From Squalus acanthias (Eukaryota): a stretch of 64,000 bases of DNA. The position numbers and the translations under genes were made by a program. Location: contig CM059436.1 in assembly GCA_030390025.1 (NCBI GenBank), forward strand, positions 13,516,001-13,580,000, in the 5' to 3' direction. Below, one piece after another: positions 63,299-64,000 of this stretch; position 1 is the first letter of the stretch, and every line of letters starts with the position of its first letter. The notes beneath the pieces are model-generated. The model was not told where the DNA came from, searched no databases, and saw nothing but the letters and a program-made list of their open reading frames with translations.

Positions 63299-64000
63299 TA
63301 ATTCAGTTTCTCAACTTGCCATGGTGTGAAGCCATGAGTTCTAGATTGCTAGTGTTAGTCAATTTAGTGTCTTGTCTTTTAATACAATCTGGGTTCAGTC
63401 CTTTCAAATTAGATATGTATGTGTGTATATACAATTTAATCTTTAATTAGGAGAAGCTCCATGTATTCCAGTAAAACGTATAACATTGACCATAACCATA
63501 TGAGAGCATGCCATTTTAGGGCATGTTTAACTTGCAGGATATAGTAGTTAACTATCCTGGGAGCATGGCTAGACAACGTGTCTTTCTCTCTGGATGATTG
63601 ACCACAGCTTCCCACCTGGGTGCAGACCCTTTGTTACACTGCTACGTGACAGCTCTGGCTGCAATTACCCTTTGTTTCCCAAACTTTACATAAACTTTAT
63701 TACATTTGTCTGAGCAGATAGCGGCCTTCTGCAGAATTAACACTCGAGTGCCCTTGCAATTGGCATTAGTAAATATCAGCTACCTTATTGCCCAGCACAT
63801 TCTTTCCATCTTTGATTATTATTCATCGGGAATCTGGCGAATTTCACATCTACAGACCCTTGTTCTCCTAACCTCAGCACTTACCACAAGGACATTTTAC
63901 ATTGTCTTGTCCATTCCCACATATTTCACTTCTTTATCCATTTCCCATTCGGGGCCATCTGCTCAAAATCCATCCCCCCCCAATCCCCCCTTCATAGCAG

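Noticed and set aside
1-64000. Other AKT3 exons (MSDVTIVKEGW... and KCQLMKTERP...)
   Set aside because: Not found in the ORF track or by eye. They probably lie outside the window, although a short exon could have been missed without a tblastn search.

Overview
Eukaryotic, repeat-rich vertebrate DNA, almost certainly from a shark or other elasmobranch, judging by an HE1-type V-SINE, Deu-domain SINEs and abundant CR1 LINEs. I can support only one host coding exon: the 126-nt PH-domain exon of AKT3 (20434-20559, + strand). The window therefore appears to be two very long AKT3 introns. They contain: a degenerate histone H2A pseudogene; many truncated and nested CR1, L2 and related LINEs and their SINEs; a full-length but mutated two-gene PIF/Harbinger transposon with TIRs and a TAG target-site duplication (TSD); hAT-Charlie-like and Tigger-like DNA elements; two decayed DIRS-like tyrosine-recombinase retrotransposons; and a Penelope-like element whose inverted pseudo-LTRs each carry a minimal hammerhead ribozyme motif. 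I found no convincing wholly new biological system. The best leads are RNA-level: a sense-strand intronic hammerhead inside a ~300-bp hairpin, inverted LINE copies bracketing a symmetric exon (circRNA or skipping), a candidate poison exon and a candidate recursive splice site. Repeat boundaries were read by eye and are approximate unless TIR, TSD or splice coordinates are given.
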